A program made the position numbers and the translations under genes. 64,000 bases of DNA from Gemmatimonadales bacterium. GTDB taxonomy: Bacteria > Gemmatimonadota > Gemmatimonadetes > Gemmatimonadales > GWC2-71-9. This document shows, one piece after another, positions 21,152 to 31,603 of the stretch (position 1 is its first letter; the number at the start of each line of letters is the position of its first letter). The stretch is from positions 29,210 to 93,209 of the forward strand of contig JBDIWC010000010.1 of the NCBI GenBank assembly GCA_039794085.1, written 5' to 3'. Below the pieces are notes generated by a model. It saw only the letters and a list, made by a program, of their open reading frames with translations. It was not told where the DNA came from and did not search any database.

Positions 21152-22674
21152 CCTGGACCCCGACTCCGCTCGACGCCCCCCTGCTTCTTCCCGGCATCCG
21201 GTCCTCCGGAGGGATCGACCCGGCGCTTTTCCCGGCCCTGGTCGAGGCTCCCGGCGTCGCTCCCCTCGTCGAGGCCCTGCGCGACCCCGAGGTGCTGGTG
21301 GTCACCACGGGTCAGCAGCCCGGCCTCTTCACCGGCCCGCTCTACGTGGTGCACAAGGCGTTGTCGGCCGCCGCCCTGGCCCGGGTGCTCTCCGATCGGT
21401 GGGGACGAAGGGTCGCCCCCGTCTTCTGGCTCGCCGGCGACGACCACGACTTCGCCGAAGCCAGCACCGCCTGCTGGCTCGACAGCGAAGGGACACCGAT
21501 CACCTGGGCCCTCCCCGAACGACCGGGGGATGCTCCCCTGACTCCGATGTACCGCGAACCTCTCGACGGCGGTGTGCAGGCGGGGCTCGAGGCCCTGGGC
21601 GCCGCGATCCCCCCCTCCGAGTTCCGGGAGTCGGTCCTCGACTGGCTCGGACGGTGGTATCGGCCGGGTCGCACGGTGGCCGAGGCCTTCGGTGGTGCCC
21701 TGGCCGAGTTGCTCGCGCCGGCCGGGATCGTCTGTCTGGACAGCACCCACCCCGCGGTCAAGCGCCACGGCATGCCGCTGATACGGAAGGCGCTCCACCA
21801 CGCACCGGAGATCGAGGCGCGGTTGCTGGAGGAAAAGGAGCGCCTGGAGCGCGACGGACCGACCGTCACCGTGTCGGTGGGGCACGGGGCCACTCTGGTC
21901 ATGATCGAGGGGACCGCCGGCCGGGACCGCTTGATTCTCGACGACCAGGGATTCCACGCCCGACGAAGCGGGGAACGGTGGTCGCGGGATGAGATCGACC
22001 AGCTCCTCGAGGACGCCCCCGAGCGCTTCTCTCCCAACGTCCTCCTCCGCCCTGTCGTGGAGAGCGGCCTTCTCCCCACCGTGGCCTATGTGGCGGGACC
22101 CGGGGAGCTCCGGTATCTCCCGATGGCCACCCCCCTCTATTCCCTCCTCGACGTGCCCCGGCAGCTCCCGGTGCCGCGGTGGAGCGGCCTGGGCGTGGAA
22201 CCCCGGGTCGAGCGTATCCTGCGCAAGTTTGACATCTCCCTGGGCGAGGTGCTCGCGCCGGGACAGGAACTGGAGGCGCGCATCGCCCGAGCCCACCTCC
22301 CCGGCGAGGCGCTGGAGGCCCTGACCCGGATCCGGGAATGTCTGGAGCGAGAGTATGACACGGTGTCTCGCGTCGCCACCGCCATCGATCCCACCCTGGC
22401 CCGTCCGGTGGGGAGCACCCTGCACCACGCCCTGTCCGGTGCGGACGACATCGAAAAGAAGCTCGTCTCCCACCAGAAGAAACGGGAGGCGACCGAGCTG
22501 TCCCAGATCCAGCGCGCGCGGGACGCCCTCCAGCCCGGAGGCGTCGCGCAGGAACGGCGGCTGACGGTGGCACCCTTCCTGGCCCGCTACGGGTTTGCCC
22601 TGCTTCACGATCTCGCGGAGGAGATCGAGCGCTGGTACCGCGAGGCTCTTGCTCCCGCCCGGTCCCCCTCCTAG
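21145..22674 (+). CDS. bshC: Bacillithiol biosynthesis cysteine-adding enzyme BshC
   Basis: TTGQQPGLFTGPLY..HK, PVFWLAGDDHDFAE, FSPNVLLRP, YVAGPGEL.Y, QER. Confidence 0.9.
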   Translation: MLTWTPTPLDAPLLLPGIRSSGGIDPALFPALVEAPGVAPLVEALRDPEVLVVTTGQQPGLFTGPLYVVHKALSAAALARVLSDRWGRRVAPVFWLAGDDHDFAEASTACWLDSEGTPITWALPERPGDAPLTPMYREPLDGGVQAGLEALGAAIPPSEFRESVLDWLGRWYRPGRTVAEAFGGALAELLAPAGIVCLDSTHPAVKRHGMPLIRKALHHAPEIEARLLEEKERLERDGPTVTVSVGHGATLVMIEGTAGRDRLILDDQGFHARRSGERWSRDEIDQLLEDAPERFSPNVLLRPVVESGLLPTVAYVAGPGELRYLPMATPLYSLLDVPRQLPVPRWSGLGVEPRVERILRKFDISLGEVLAPGQELEARIARAHLPGEALEALTRIRECLEREYDTVSRVATAIDPTLARPVGSTLHHALSGADDIEKKLVSHQKKREATELSQIQRARDALQPGGVAQERRLTVAPFLARYGFALLHDLAEEIERWYREALAPARSPS

Positions 22675-22683
22675 ACTCCGCCC

Positions 22684-22968
22684 ATGATCTATCTCTGGGT
22701 CATCCTCCTCGTCGCCCTCATGATTCCGATTCTCGGGATCGTGGTCGACTCGCCCATTGGGCGCGCCCTCGCCCGGCGCTTGGGAGGCGACGAGACCCCG
22801 GCGTCTCCCGGATTGGCCGACTTGGCCCGCAAGGTCGAACTGCTCGAGGCCGAAGTGGACGACCTCAACGTGTCGGTGCAGGGGCTGCGCGAGGAGAACC
22901 AGTTCCTGCAGCAGCTTCTGGAGGACGGAGCGCACCGGCCGCAACTCCCCCCGCGGTCGTCCTCCTGA
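22684..22968 (+). CDS. Small membrane-anchored coiled-coil protein
   Basis: N-terminal TM then coiled coil; preceded by TTGCTC-17-TAGACT promoter-like motif. Confidence 0.75.
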   Translation: MIYLWVILLVALMIPILGIVVDSPIGRALARRLGGDETPASPGLADLARKVELLEAEVDDLNVSVQGLREENQFLQQLLEDGAHRPQLPPRSSS

Positions 22969-22994
22969 ACCGATCCACCGGCCGCGCCGCCACG

Positions 22995-24560
22995 ATGGTG
23001 GGCGCCGGGATCCTGGCGAGTCGGCTCGCCGGCCTGGTCCGACAACGGGTGCTGGCTCACTACCTCGGTCTGAGCGGATCGGCCGACGCCTTCGCCGCCG
23101 CCTTCCGCATTCCCAACTTTCTGCAGAATCTTCTCGGCGAGGGCGCCCTCTCCGCCTCCTTCATTCCGGTGTACGCCCGCCTGGTGGCGGAAAAGGACGA
23201 GGAGGCGGCCCGGCGGGTGGCGGGCGCCGTCGGTGCCCTCCTGGCTCTCGTCCTCAGCGTCCTCGTGGTCGGCGGAATGCTGGCGTCCCCCCTTCTGGTC
23301 GATGTCATCGCGCCCGGATTCGCCGGGGGACGGCGCGACCTGGCCGTGTCCCTGGTGCGGCTCTTCTTTCCCGGGGCGGGGCTCCTGGTGGTGTCGGCCT
23401 GGTGCCTCGGCATCCTGAACTCCCACCATCGCTTCCTCCTCAGCTACTCCGCCCCGGTGGTGTGGAACGTCGCCATCATCGGGGCCCTGGTCCTCTGGCC
23501 CTCGGGGGATCCCGCCCGGGCGGCCATGATCGCGGCGTGGGGAGCGGTGGTGGGAAGTGCGCTCCAGGTCCTGGTGCAGTGGCCCGCGGTTCGCCGGAGT
23601 GCCGGCGCGATCCGATTTCGGATCAGGGACGCGGGGCCCGAGGTCACGGAGGTGGCCCGCACCTTCGGCCCGGCACTGCTGGGCCGTGGAGTGATTCAGA
23701 TCAGCGCCTGGGTGGATACCCTCCTCGCCTCTCTCCTCCCCGTCGGGGCGGTCATGGCGATGATGAATGCGCAGACCCTCTATCTCCTTCCGGTCAGTCT
23801 CTTCGGGATGTCCATTGCCGCGGCGGAACTTCCGTCGATGGCCGCGGACCGGAACCGCGCCGACCAGGCGGACGCGCTGGGAGAACGCCTCACCGCCGGG
23901 TGGCAGCGCCTTCTTCTCGTCATCATCCCCTCCACCGTCCTCCTGCTGGGGCTCGGTGGGGACCTGGTGGCGGCCCTCTTCCAGACCGGAGCCTTCCGCG
24001 CGACCGACGCCGCCTACGTCTGGATGATCCTGGCCGGCGCATCCCTTGGACTCCTTCCCGCCACCGCGGGGCGCCTCTGGGCCTCGGCGTTCTACGCCCG
24101 CGGCGACACGCGCACTCCCCTGCGCAGTGCCGTGATCCGGGTCGGAACCGGCATCACCCTCGGCTACGTCGGCGCCGTTTTCCTGCCCGGGTGGGTGGGA
24201 CTCGATCCGAAGTGGGGAGCCGCCTTCCTCGCGGGCGCCGGTGCCGTGGCGGCCTGGATCGAGTTCGGCGTCCTCCGGCGCCGACTGGCACCGGTGATCG
24301 GGCATGTGGTCTGGAACCCGGGGCTGGTGTTGCGCCTCACGCTGGTGGCCGCGGTGGCCCTGCTGGTGGCTCGTGGAGGAGCGGTGCTGGTCGGACCGGG
24401 TGCCTGGCCTCGTGCCCTCGTGGGGAGCGGGGTGTTTGGGGTGGTCTATCTCGGTCTTGCCTCCCTCCTGGGGGTGCGCGGTGCCCGCGACATCCTGGCG
24501 GCGGTGGGGAGCGCGTTCCAGAGGAGGCCACCCGGAGGGAGCGCACCCCGTGATGGATGA
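22995..24560 (+). CDS. murJ: Lipid II flippase MurJ (MviN)
   Basis: SRLAGLVR, AFRIPNFLQNLLGEGALSASFIP, FYARGDTRTP. Confidence 0.93.
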   Translation: MVGAGILASRLAGLVRQRVLAHYLGLSGSADAFAAAFRIPNFLQNLLGEGALSASFIPVYARLVAEKDEEAARRVAGAVGALLALVLSVLVVGGMLASPLLVDVIAPGFAGGRRDLAVSLVRLFFPGAGLLVVSAWCLGILNSHHRFLLSYSAPVVWNVAIIGALVLWPSGDPARAAMIAAWGAVVGSALQVLVQWPAVRRSAGAIRFRIRDAGPEVTEVARTFGPALLGRGVIQISAWVDTLLASLLPVGAVMAMMNAQTLYLLPVSLFGMSIAAAELPSMAADRNRADQADALGERLTAGWQRLLLVIIPSTVLLLGLGGDLVAALFQTGAFRATDAAYVWMILAGASLGLLPATAGRLWASAFYARGDTRTPLRSAVIRVGTGITLGYVGAVFLPGWVGLDPKWGAAFLAGAGAVAAWIEFGVLRRRLAPVIGHVVWNPGLVLRLTLVAAVALLVARGGAVLVGPGAWPRALVGSGVFGVVYLGLASLLGVRGARDILAAVGSAFQRRPPGGSAPRDG

Positions 24561-26370
24561 CCCCCGGGAAGCCTTGCGCCGAACCGTCGCCGCGCTTCCC
24601 GAAGTCCCGGGCGTGTACGTCTGGAGAGATGCCGAGGGGACCGTTCTCTACGTCGGGAAGGCGAAGCGACTGCGCAGCCGGGTGCGGAGCTACCTGGCCC
24701 CCGCCGCGGGGCTCGGACCCAAGGATCAGCTCCTTCGCCGACTCCTGGCCCGGGTGGAGACACTCGTGGTCTCCACCGAGACCGAGTCCCTGTTGCTGGA
24801 AAACACCCTGATCAAGGAGCACCAGCCGCGCTTCAACATCCTGCTGCGGGATGACAAGACCTACCCGTCCATCGCGGTGACCATGGCGGAGCCCTTCCCG
24901 CGGATCCTCGTCACCCGTCAACGGAACATTCCCGGCGCCCGCTACTTCGGCCCCTTCACCGATGTGTCGGATCTGCGCACGGCCCTCTCCGTGATCCGCC
25001 GCATCTTCACCGTGCGCACCTGCACCGATGATCTGCCCCGGGAGCGACGGGACCGCCCCTGTCTCGACTATCACATCATGCGGTGCCGCGCCCCGTGCGT
25101 CGGGCTTGAGAGCCGGGAACACTACGGGGCGATGATCCGCGAGGTGATCCGGTTCCTCGAGGGGCGCACCGTCGATGTGCGCACCCGGCTTCGGGACCGC
25201 ATGCTCGAGGCCAGCGCCCGGGAGGACTTCGAGTCCGCCCGCGAGATCCGCGATACCTTGCGCTGGCTCGAACAGGTGGAGGCCCCCAACACGGTCGAAC
25301 TCGCGGGAACCGGGGACGCCGACGTCGTGGGGTGGGCCCGCGATGGCGACGACGCCGTCGGGGTTGTGCTCCGGGTGCGGGAGGGGAGGGTGACGGGACG
25401 CGAACATCGCTTCCTGGAAAACGTCCTCGGCACCGAGGACCCCGAGGCGCTCTCCGCCTTTCTCCTGCGCTACTACCTGATCGCCGGCCATCGGGCGCCG
25501 ACGTTGCTTCTCCCCTTCGCCCCCGACCAACCCGACGCGATGGAATCCCTTCTCGCTCCGGACACGACCATCATCCATCCTCATCGCGGTCGCCGCTATC
25601 GATGGATCGAACTGGCCGAACAGAACGCGCGGCATCTCATGGAGAGCTTTCACATCGAAGCGTTCGGCGGCGCCGAACGCGCCGACGACCCGGTCTACGC
25701 GCTGGGGAGAGAACTCGGGCTCACCGTCGTTCCTCGCCTCCTCGCCTGCGTCGACATCTCCACCAATCAGGGCCGCGACACCGTCGGATCCCTCGTCGTG
25801 TTCGACGGAGGGCGCCCCCGGAAGGCCGAGTACCGGAAATTTCGCATCCAGGGCCCCGGACAGCAGGACGACTACGCCGCCATCCACGAGGTGGTAGTCC
25901 GGTACGTGACCCGCCGGGTGGACGAGAATCGCCCCCTTCCCGATCTCCTCGTCATCGACGGCGGCAAGGGTCAGCTCGGGGCCGCCATCGCGGCGCTCGC
26001 CGAGGTCGGTCGTCCCGACATTCCGGTGATCAGTCTGGCCAAACGGGACGAAGAGGTTTTTCTTCCCGGCCGGCCGGAACCGCTCCGGCTGCCGAGGCGA
26101 AGCGCGGGGTTGCGATTGCTGCAGCGGGCCCGCGACGAGGCGCACCGCTTCGGAGTCACCTACAGTCGGAAACGGCGCGCGGCGCGTACCCTCACCTCGG
26201 AACTCCTGGCGATCCCCGGAGTGGGGCCCCGGCGCCGGAGTCTCCTGATCCAGCGTTTCGGCAGCCTGGCCGGCGTCCGCTCGGCGTCGGCGGGGGAGAT
26301 TGCCACCCTTCCTGGGTTTTCCACCAGATTGGCCGAGCGAGTCCTCGAATTCCTGAAAGAGAATACCTGA
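24553..26370 (+). CDS. uvrC: Excinuclease ABC subunit C
   Basis: PGVY..LYVGKAKRLRSRV, DISTNQG, LVIDGGKGQ, RDEAHRF, HhH. Confidence 0.95.
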   Translation: MDDPREALRRTVAALPEVPGVYVWRDAEGTVLYVGKAKRLRSRVRSYLAPAAGLGPKDQLLRRLLARVETLVVSTETESLLLENTLIKEHQPRFNILLRDDKTYPSIAVTMAEPFPRILVTRQRNIPGARYFGPFTDVSDLRTALSVIRRIFTVRTCTDDLPRERRDRPCLDYHIMRCRAPCVGLESREHYGAMIREVIRFLEGRTVDVRTRLRDRMLEASAREDFESAREIRDTLRWLEQVEAPNTVELAGTGDADVVGWARDGDDAVGVVLRVREGRVTGREHRFLENVLGTEDPEALSAFLLRYYLIAGHRAPTLLLPFAPDQPDAMESLLAPDTTIIHPHRGRRYRWIELAEQNARHLMESFHIEAFGGAERADDPVYALGRELGLTVVPRLLACVDISTNQGRDTVGSLVVFDGGRPRKAEYRKFRIQGPGQQDDYAAIHEVVVRYVTRRVDENRPLPDLLVIDGGKGQLGAAIAALAEVGRPDIPVISLAKRDEEVFLPGRPEPLRLPRRSAGLRLLQRARDEAHRFGVTYSRKRRAARTLTSELLAIPGVGPRRRSLLIQRFGSLAGVRSASAGEIATLPGFSTRLAERVLEFLKENT

Positions 26371-26371
26371 A

Positions 26372-27535
26372 ATGTCCGATGCCCCCTGGTCCCTCGAATG
26401 TTCCGAATGCGGCTCCCGCGCCGCCGCCGCCGGTCTCCCCACGGTGTGCCCGTGCGGCCGGCCCTGGCTGGTGCGCTACACCTCCCGACCGGTGGCGGCC
26501 GACCGGGCCCTGCCCGTCACCGACCGGGGCATGTGGGGTTGGAAAGGATTCCTCCCTCTCGGGGCCGGCGAAGCGCCGGTGACCCTCGGGGAAGGGAACA
26601 CTCCCCTTCTCGACGTCCCCCGGTTGCGGGAGGCGCTCCGTCTCCCCGGTCTGCTGGTGAAGGATGAGGGGCTCAACCCGACCGGAAGCTTCAAGGCCCG
26701 GGGGCTGAGCGCCGCCGTCACCCGGGCCACCCATGCCGGAGCCACGGGCTTCGTTCTTCCCACCGCAGGCAACGCCGGTGTTGCGGCCTCGGCCTATGGC
26801 GCGAGGGCTGGCGTTCCGGTTCGGATCTTTGCTCCCCGGACCACGCCCGCCGTGATCTGCGCCCAGATGCGCGCCTTTGGCGGCGACCTGGTGCTGCTCG
26901 ACGGCCACATCGGGGATTGCGGCAAGGCGTCGCGCGCGTACGCGGCGGAGACCGGGGCGGTCGACCTCTCCACCCTCAAGGAGCCCTACCGGATCGAGGG
27001 GAAGAAGACCATGGGGTTGGAACTTGCGGCACAGGGCGGGTGGACCCTCCCCGACGTGATCATCTATCCGACCGGCGGGGGAACCGGTTTGATCGGCATG
27101 TGGAAGGCCTTCGGGGAATTGCGGGACGCGGGATGGGTCACGGGGCCCATGCCTCGGATGTTCACCGTGCAGTCAACCGGATGCGCCCCGATCGTGCGCG
27201 CGTTCGAGTCCGGGGCGGAGGGGGCCGAGCCGTGGCCCGATCCCTGGACCATCGCGAGCGGGTTGCGGGTGCCGGGCCCGATCGGGGACCGGATCATGCT
27301 CCGGATCCTGCGGGAGAGCGGGGGAGGGGCCGTCGCCGTTTCCGATGCGGCGCTCAGCGACATGGCGGACCGGGCGATGCGGCGGGAAGGGATCGACGTG
27401 GCCCCGGAGGGCGGGGCGGCCCTCGCCGCGGCGGTGACCCTGTGCGAGTCGGGTACGGTGCCCCGCGATGCCCGCATCGTGGCATTCAACACCGGGGCGG
27501 GATGGCTCTATCGTGATATGACAGGCGCGGGGTGA
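26372..27535 (+). CDS. thrC: Threonine synthase-like PLP enzyme
   Basis: TLGEGNTPL, NPTGSFKARG, EGKKTMG, PTGGGTG. Confidence 0.8.
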   Translation: MSDAPWSLECSECGSRAAAAGLPTVCPCGRPWLVRYTSRPVAADRALPVTDRGMWGWKGFLPLGAGEAPVTLGEGNTPLLDVPRLREALRLPGLLVKDEGLNPTGSFKARGLSAAVTRATHAGATGFVLPTAGNAGVAASAYGARAGVPVRIFAPRTTPAVICAQMRAFGGDLVLLDGHIGDCGKASRAYAAETGAVDLSTLKEPYRIEGKKTMGLELAAQGGWTLPDVIIYPTGGGTGLIGMWKAFGELRDAGWVTGPMPRMFTVQSTGCAPIVRAFESGAEGAEPWPDPWTIASGLRVPGPIGDRIMLRILRESGGGAVAVSDAALSDMADRAMRREGIDVAPEGGAALAAAVTLCESGTVPRDARIVAFNTGAGWLYRDMTGAG

Positions 27536-28581
27536 CTCCGCTCCCCTCCGGGACACTGGTCCGGAGCTGGCTCCTGCTCGGCGCCGCCCTGGTCGCGGCG
27601 ATGGTCGTGATCGGCGGGATCACCCGGCTCACCGGGTCGGGGCTCTCCATCACCGAGTGGAACGTGCTGATGGGAGCGCTCCCTCCCCTTTCCGATCGGG
27701 CGTGGGAGGCGCTCTTTGCCAAGTACCAGGCCACCCCGCAGTACCAGCTCGTCAACACGCACTTTTCCCTCGCCGAGTTCAAGGCCATTTTCTGGTGGGA
27801 GTACATCCACCGCCTGCTCGGGCGGGCGTTGGGGATCATCTTCCTGGTCCCCTTCCTCTGGTTTCTGCTCCGGGGCCATATCCGGAGGAATCAGGTGCCC
27901 CGCTTTGCCGCCATCTTCGGACTGGGTGCGTTTCAGGGAGTTCTCGGCTGGTTCATGGTGGCGAGTGGTCTGGTGGATGTCCCCCGGGTAAGCCACCTGC
28001 GGTTGGCCGCCCACCTGGTCACCGCGTTCCTCACCTACGGCCTCATCGTCTGGACCATCCTCGATCTCGCTCCGCGCGGCGGACTGGAGGGAACACGGGA
28101 GACGGTCTCCGGGCCCCTCCGGCGGGTCGCCCTCATGGTCATGGGGCTTCTCGTCCTCCAGATCGTCTACGGTGCCTTCGTGGCGGGACTCAAGGCGGGG
28201 TTCATCTTCAACACCTGGCCGATGATGGGAACCAGGCTTATTCCGCCGGGGATGGGAACCCTCTCCCCTTTCCTGACCGATCCGGTGCAGAACCCGGTGA
28301 CGGTTCAGTTCCTTCACCGCGCGATCGGGACAGTGCTGCTGACGGGTGCGGCCTGGCTCGCGTGGATCGGGCGGCGGGCCCCGGCGCCCGTGGCGAGATC
28401 CACCGCCTGGTTCGGGGGACTGGTGCTGGCACAGTTCGGTCTGGGGGTGGCCACCATTCTCTGGCTCCCCGCCCATCCTGTGCTGCTCGGAGCAACCCAT
28501 CAGGCGGGGGCCCTCGGGGTGCTGACCGCTGCTCTGGTCGTGCTCCACCGGATGGGCCGGGACACACCGTCTTCCGGGTGA
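27532..28581 (+). CDS. ctaA: Heme A synthase COX15/CtaA
   Basis: GGITRLTGSGLSITEW, WWEYIHRLLGR, GWFMVASGL, QFLHR. Confidence 0.92.
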   Translation: MTPLPSGTLVRSWLLLGAALVAAMVVIGGITRLTGSGLSITEWNVLMGALPPLSDRAWEALFAKYQATPQYQLVNTHFSLAEFKAIFWWEYIHRLLGRALGIIFLVPFLWFLLRGHIRRNQVPRFAAIFGLGAFQGVLGWFMVASGLVDVPRVSHLRLAAHLVTAFLTYGLIVWTILDLAPRGGLEGTRETVSGPLRRVALMVMGLLVLQIVYGAFVAGLKAGFIFNTWPMMGTRLIPPGMGTLSPFLTDPVQNPVTVQFLHRAIGTVLLTGAAWLAWIGRRAPAPVARSTAWFGGLVLAQFGLGVATILWLPAHPVLLGATHQAGALGVLTAALVVLHRMGRDTPSSG

Positions 28582-28621
28582 CAATTGCCTGATCCGGCCC
28601 GCCATGCGATATTCAAAGTCC

Positions 28622-29974
28622 ATGAGTGACAACCGATTCGCCGTGATTGACCCCTCCGCGGGCGTGAGCGGTGACATGCTCCTCGGGGCGCTGGTGGACG
28701 TGGGTGCTCCCGTCGAGTGGCTCACCGGCCTCCCCGCCCGGCTCGGTCTCGACGGCGTCACGGTCGAGGCGGAGGCGGTGGACCGGTGCGGCCTCCGGGC
28801 CACCAAGGTTACGGTCCGGCTCCCGGGAGGGGTGGAGCCTCCCGGCGATCTCTCCCCGGGGGATCATGAGCCTGCGGATTCCGCGCGCCACCATCCCCAC
28901 GGGGATCACGACCACGGACACGATCACCCACATCCTCACGCCATGCCTGCGCACGGTGCTGCGGGCCATCATCCTGACGGACCCCACCGGCACGTCGGGG
29001 ACCTCATCGCCCTCATCGAACGGGCCCCCCTCTCCGACTGGGTTCGGAGCCGGGCCATTGCCACCTTCCGGCTTCTGGGTGCCGCCGAGGGCCGCGTGCA
29101 TGGAATGCCCCCGGAAAACGTCTCCTTGCACGAAGTCGGGGCCCTCGATGCCCTGGTTGATATCGTGGGCGTCGTGGAAGGGTTCGAGCAGCTCGGCATT
29201 CACCGGATCGTGACCCGGCCGGTGGCGCTGGGAGACGGGTGGATTCGGGCCGCCCACGGCGTGATGGCCGTTCCCGCTCCCGCCACGGGCATTCTGGCGG
29301 AGGGATTGGAGGTGGGACCGAACGGACCGGTCACCGGCGAGGCCACCACCCCCACGGGTGCCGCCCTGCTGCGGGCGCTGGCGGAGGGCCCGGTGCCCGA
29401 GCGGTGGCGTCCCGTTTCGCAGGGCTGGGGGGCCGGCACCCGCAACCCTTCGAGCCATGCCAATGTCTGCCGACTCATCCTGGCGGAGGCGGTCTCGGAA
29501 CCGGGCGAGATCTGGACCGTGGCGACTGATGTGGACGACATGTCGCCCGAGTATCTTGAACCGCTTCGTGCGGCGGTGATGGAGGCGGGCGCGGTGGATC
29601 TGCAGGTCTGGTCCACAGCGATGAAGAAGGGCCGGATCGGCTTCCGGGTCGAGGCCCACTGCGCCCTGGCGGATCGCGAGTGCGTGATCGAGGCGATCTT
29701 TCGGCACAGCACGACGGCGGGGGTGCGGTACTGGCGTGCCGAGCGGCAGACCGTTCGCCGTCACTCGGAACAGGTGGAACTGCCGGCGGGAGCGGTCCGG
29801 GTCAAGGTGCTGGCCGGGCCTGGGGGGAGCAGGATGAAGCCGGAATATGACGATGTCGTGGGCATGGCCCGGCGGACCGGCCGCGCCTCCCTCGACATCG
29901 TGGACGATGTTCGACGACTGGCGCCGCGCGGCGGCACGCCAGAGCACGCGGTTACTCACAAGGAGTCGGAATGA
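28622..29974 (+). CDS. larC: LarC family nickel insertion protein with His-rich linker
   Basis: GVSGDMLLGALVD, His-rich stretch, HEVGALDALVDI, TPTGAA, MKKGR, PEYDD. Confidence 0.88.
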   Translation: MSDNRFAVIDPSAGVSGDMLLGALVDVGAPVEWLTGLPARLGLDGVTVEAEAVDRCGLRATKVTVRLPGGVEPPGDLSPGDHEPADSARHHPHGDHDHGHDHPHPHAMPAHGAAGHHPDGPHRHVGDLIALIERAPLSDWVRSRAIATFRLLGAAEGRVHGMPPENVSLHEVGALDALVDIVGVVEGFEQLGIHRIVTRPVALGDGWIRAAHGVMAVPAPATGILAEGLEVGPNGPVTGEATTPTGAALLRALAEGPVPERWRPVSQGWGAGTRNPSSHANVCRLILAEAVSEPGEIWTVATDVDDMSPEYLEPLRAAVMEAGAVDLQVWSTAMKKGRIGFRVEAHCALADRECVIEAIFRHSTTAGVRYWRAERQTVRRHSEQVELPAGAVRVKVLAGPGGSRMKPEYDDVVGMARRTGRASLDIVDDVRRLAPRGGTPEHAVTHKESE

Positions 29975-31449
29975 TCAGGACTGTCCTGGCCAGCGCCCTG
30001 CTGGCACTCACGGCCCTCCCCCTCGCGGCCCAGGAGATCAAGAGCCATCGCCTCTCGGATGCTCAGGCCGCCAAGTTCCAAACCCCGTTGTGCCCGGTGC
30101 TCAAGGGACGGGGGAAGGCGTTTGACAATGGCCAGAAGGCTCTGCGGAAGGCGGCCGAGGAAAAGGACGCCGCCAAGAAGCTGGCCGGGCTCCAGGAAGC
30201 GTACGCCCAGCTCACCCAGGCCGCGACCGAGAACCCGGATGACGCCGCGAGTTGGTATCATCTGGCCCGCGCCTACCTCTACCTGGGTGATTCCCGGGGG
30301 GCCGACAGTGCCTTCACTCGTGCCGCCGGTCTGATGCCGGCCTGCGAGATCGACATCGACGGCTACCGGCAGAACGGGTGGGCCACCTTGGCCAACGCGG
30401 GGATCGAGTTTTTGAACCAGGAACAAACCGACTCCGCGCTCCATCTCTTCCGGGAGGCGCATCTCCTCTTCAAGAAGTTCCCGCACGTCGCGATGAACCT
30501 CGGAGTGGTCTACGCCAACAGCGGCCGTCCCGACAGTGCGGCCGTGTACTTCGCCCAGGCCATTGAAATCGCCGGGGAGGACACCACCTACACCGACGAC
30601 CGGGACGCCGCCACGCAGAACCTCGCGGTCATGCTCATCCGGCAGGAAAAGCATGCCGAAGCGGCCAAGGTGTTGCGCCAGTATCTCCAGCGGCACCCCG
30701 ACGACATGGATGCCAAACGGTCGCTCACCCAGTCGTTCCGCGCCGCCGGCATGACCGACAGCGCCGAGGCGCTCGACAAGGAACTCCTCAACACCCTCGC
30801 CTCGATGAACACCGACTCGCTCGACGTCGGCGATCTCATGACCGTCGGGGTGGGGTACTTCCGGGCGGAGAAATATCCCGACGCCGCCAGCACCTTCGAG
30901 AAGATCATCGCCCGACTCCCCTGGAATCGCGATGCCCATTACAACCTCGCCAATACCTACCTGGCAATCGCCATGAAATTCGCCGACCAGGTGAAGGCCG
31001 ACTCGGCCCTGGCCGACAGCGCCCGGAAAGCATGGTCCAGCTTGATTCCGGTGGCCGAACAGCTGATCAAGATCGACCCGATGAGCGCGGATGGCCTCCA
31101 GATGCTGGCCCAGGCCCACCGCGGCGTGGACAACCAGGAAAAGCTTCTGGAAACGGCGGAAAAGCTGGTGGGGCTCCCCTGGAGCTTCGAAATCACCGGG
31201 TTCCAGACCGGGAGCCAGTCGGCCCGGTTGATGGCCAATCTGGTCGGTCGCACCCCGATGAACGCCGGCGGAGAGGAGCTCGAACCCGCTCCGGTGACGA
31301 TCGTTGTCGAGTTCCTCGATGCGGCCAATCAGGTCGTGGAGACGGTGGAACACACCGTCCCCGTGGTCAAGCCGGGGGAGACCCACAAGATCGAGGTCCA
31401 AGGCACCAAGGCTGGCATTACGGCCTGGCGCTACCACCGCAAGCCCTGA
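29971..31449 (+). CDS. Exported tetratricopeptide repeat protein
   Basis: Signal peptide and multiple TPR-like helical repeats. Confidence 0.8.
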   Translation: MIRTVLASALLALTALPLAAQEIKSHRLSDAQAAKFQTPLCPVLKGRGKAFDNGQKALRKAAEEKDAAKKLAGLQEAYAQLTQAATENPDDAASWYHLARAYLYLGDSRGADSAFTRAAGLMPACEIDIDGYRQNGWATLANAGIEFLNQEQTDSALHLFREAHLLFKKFPHVAMNLGVVYANSGRPDSAAVYFAQAIEIAGEDTTYTDDRDAATQNLAVMLIRQEKHAEAAKVLRQYLQRHPDDMDAKRSLTQSFRAAGMTDSAEALDKELLNTLASMNTDSLDVGDLMTVGVGYFRAEKYPDAASTFEKIIARLPWNRDAHYNLANTYLAIAMKFADQVKADSALADSARKAWSSLIPVAEQLIKIDPMSADGLQMLAQAHRGVDNQEKLLETAEKLVGLPWSFEITGFQTGSQSARLMANLVGRTPMNAGGEELEPAPVTIVVEFLDAANQVVETVEHTVPVVKPGETHKIEVQGTKAGITAWRYHRKP

Positions 31450-31458
31450 CCGCTGACC

Positions 31459-31492
31459 CCGGCGGGGGAGAGCTGAGCAACTCCCCCGCCGG
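31459..31492 (+). terminator. GC-rich hairpin between TPR gene and tRNA-Gly
   Basis: CCGGCGGGGGAG / CTCCCCCGCCGG 12-bp stem; no clear U-tract. Confidence 0.4.
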
Positions 31493-31530
31493 TTGACGGG
31501 AAGGGTGGAGGAGGCGAAATTACTGGCCTT

Positions 31531-31603
31531 GCGGGCGTAATTCAGTTGGTAGAATGTCAGCTTCCCAAGCTGGACGTCGCCGGTTCGAGTCCGGTCGCCC
31601 GCT
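31531..31603 (+). tRNA. tRNA-Gly (CCC), CCA not encoded
   Basis: GCGGGCG/CGCCCGC acceptor stem, anticodon loop TTCCCAA, GGTTCGAGTCC T-arm. Confidence 0.96.
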
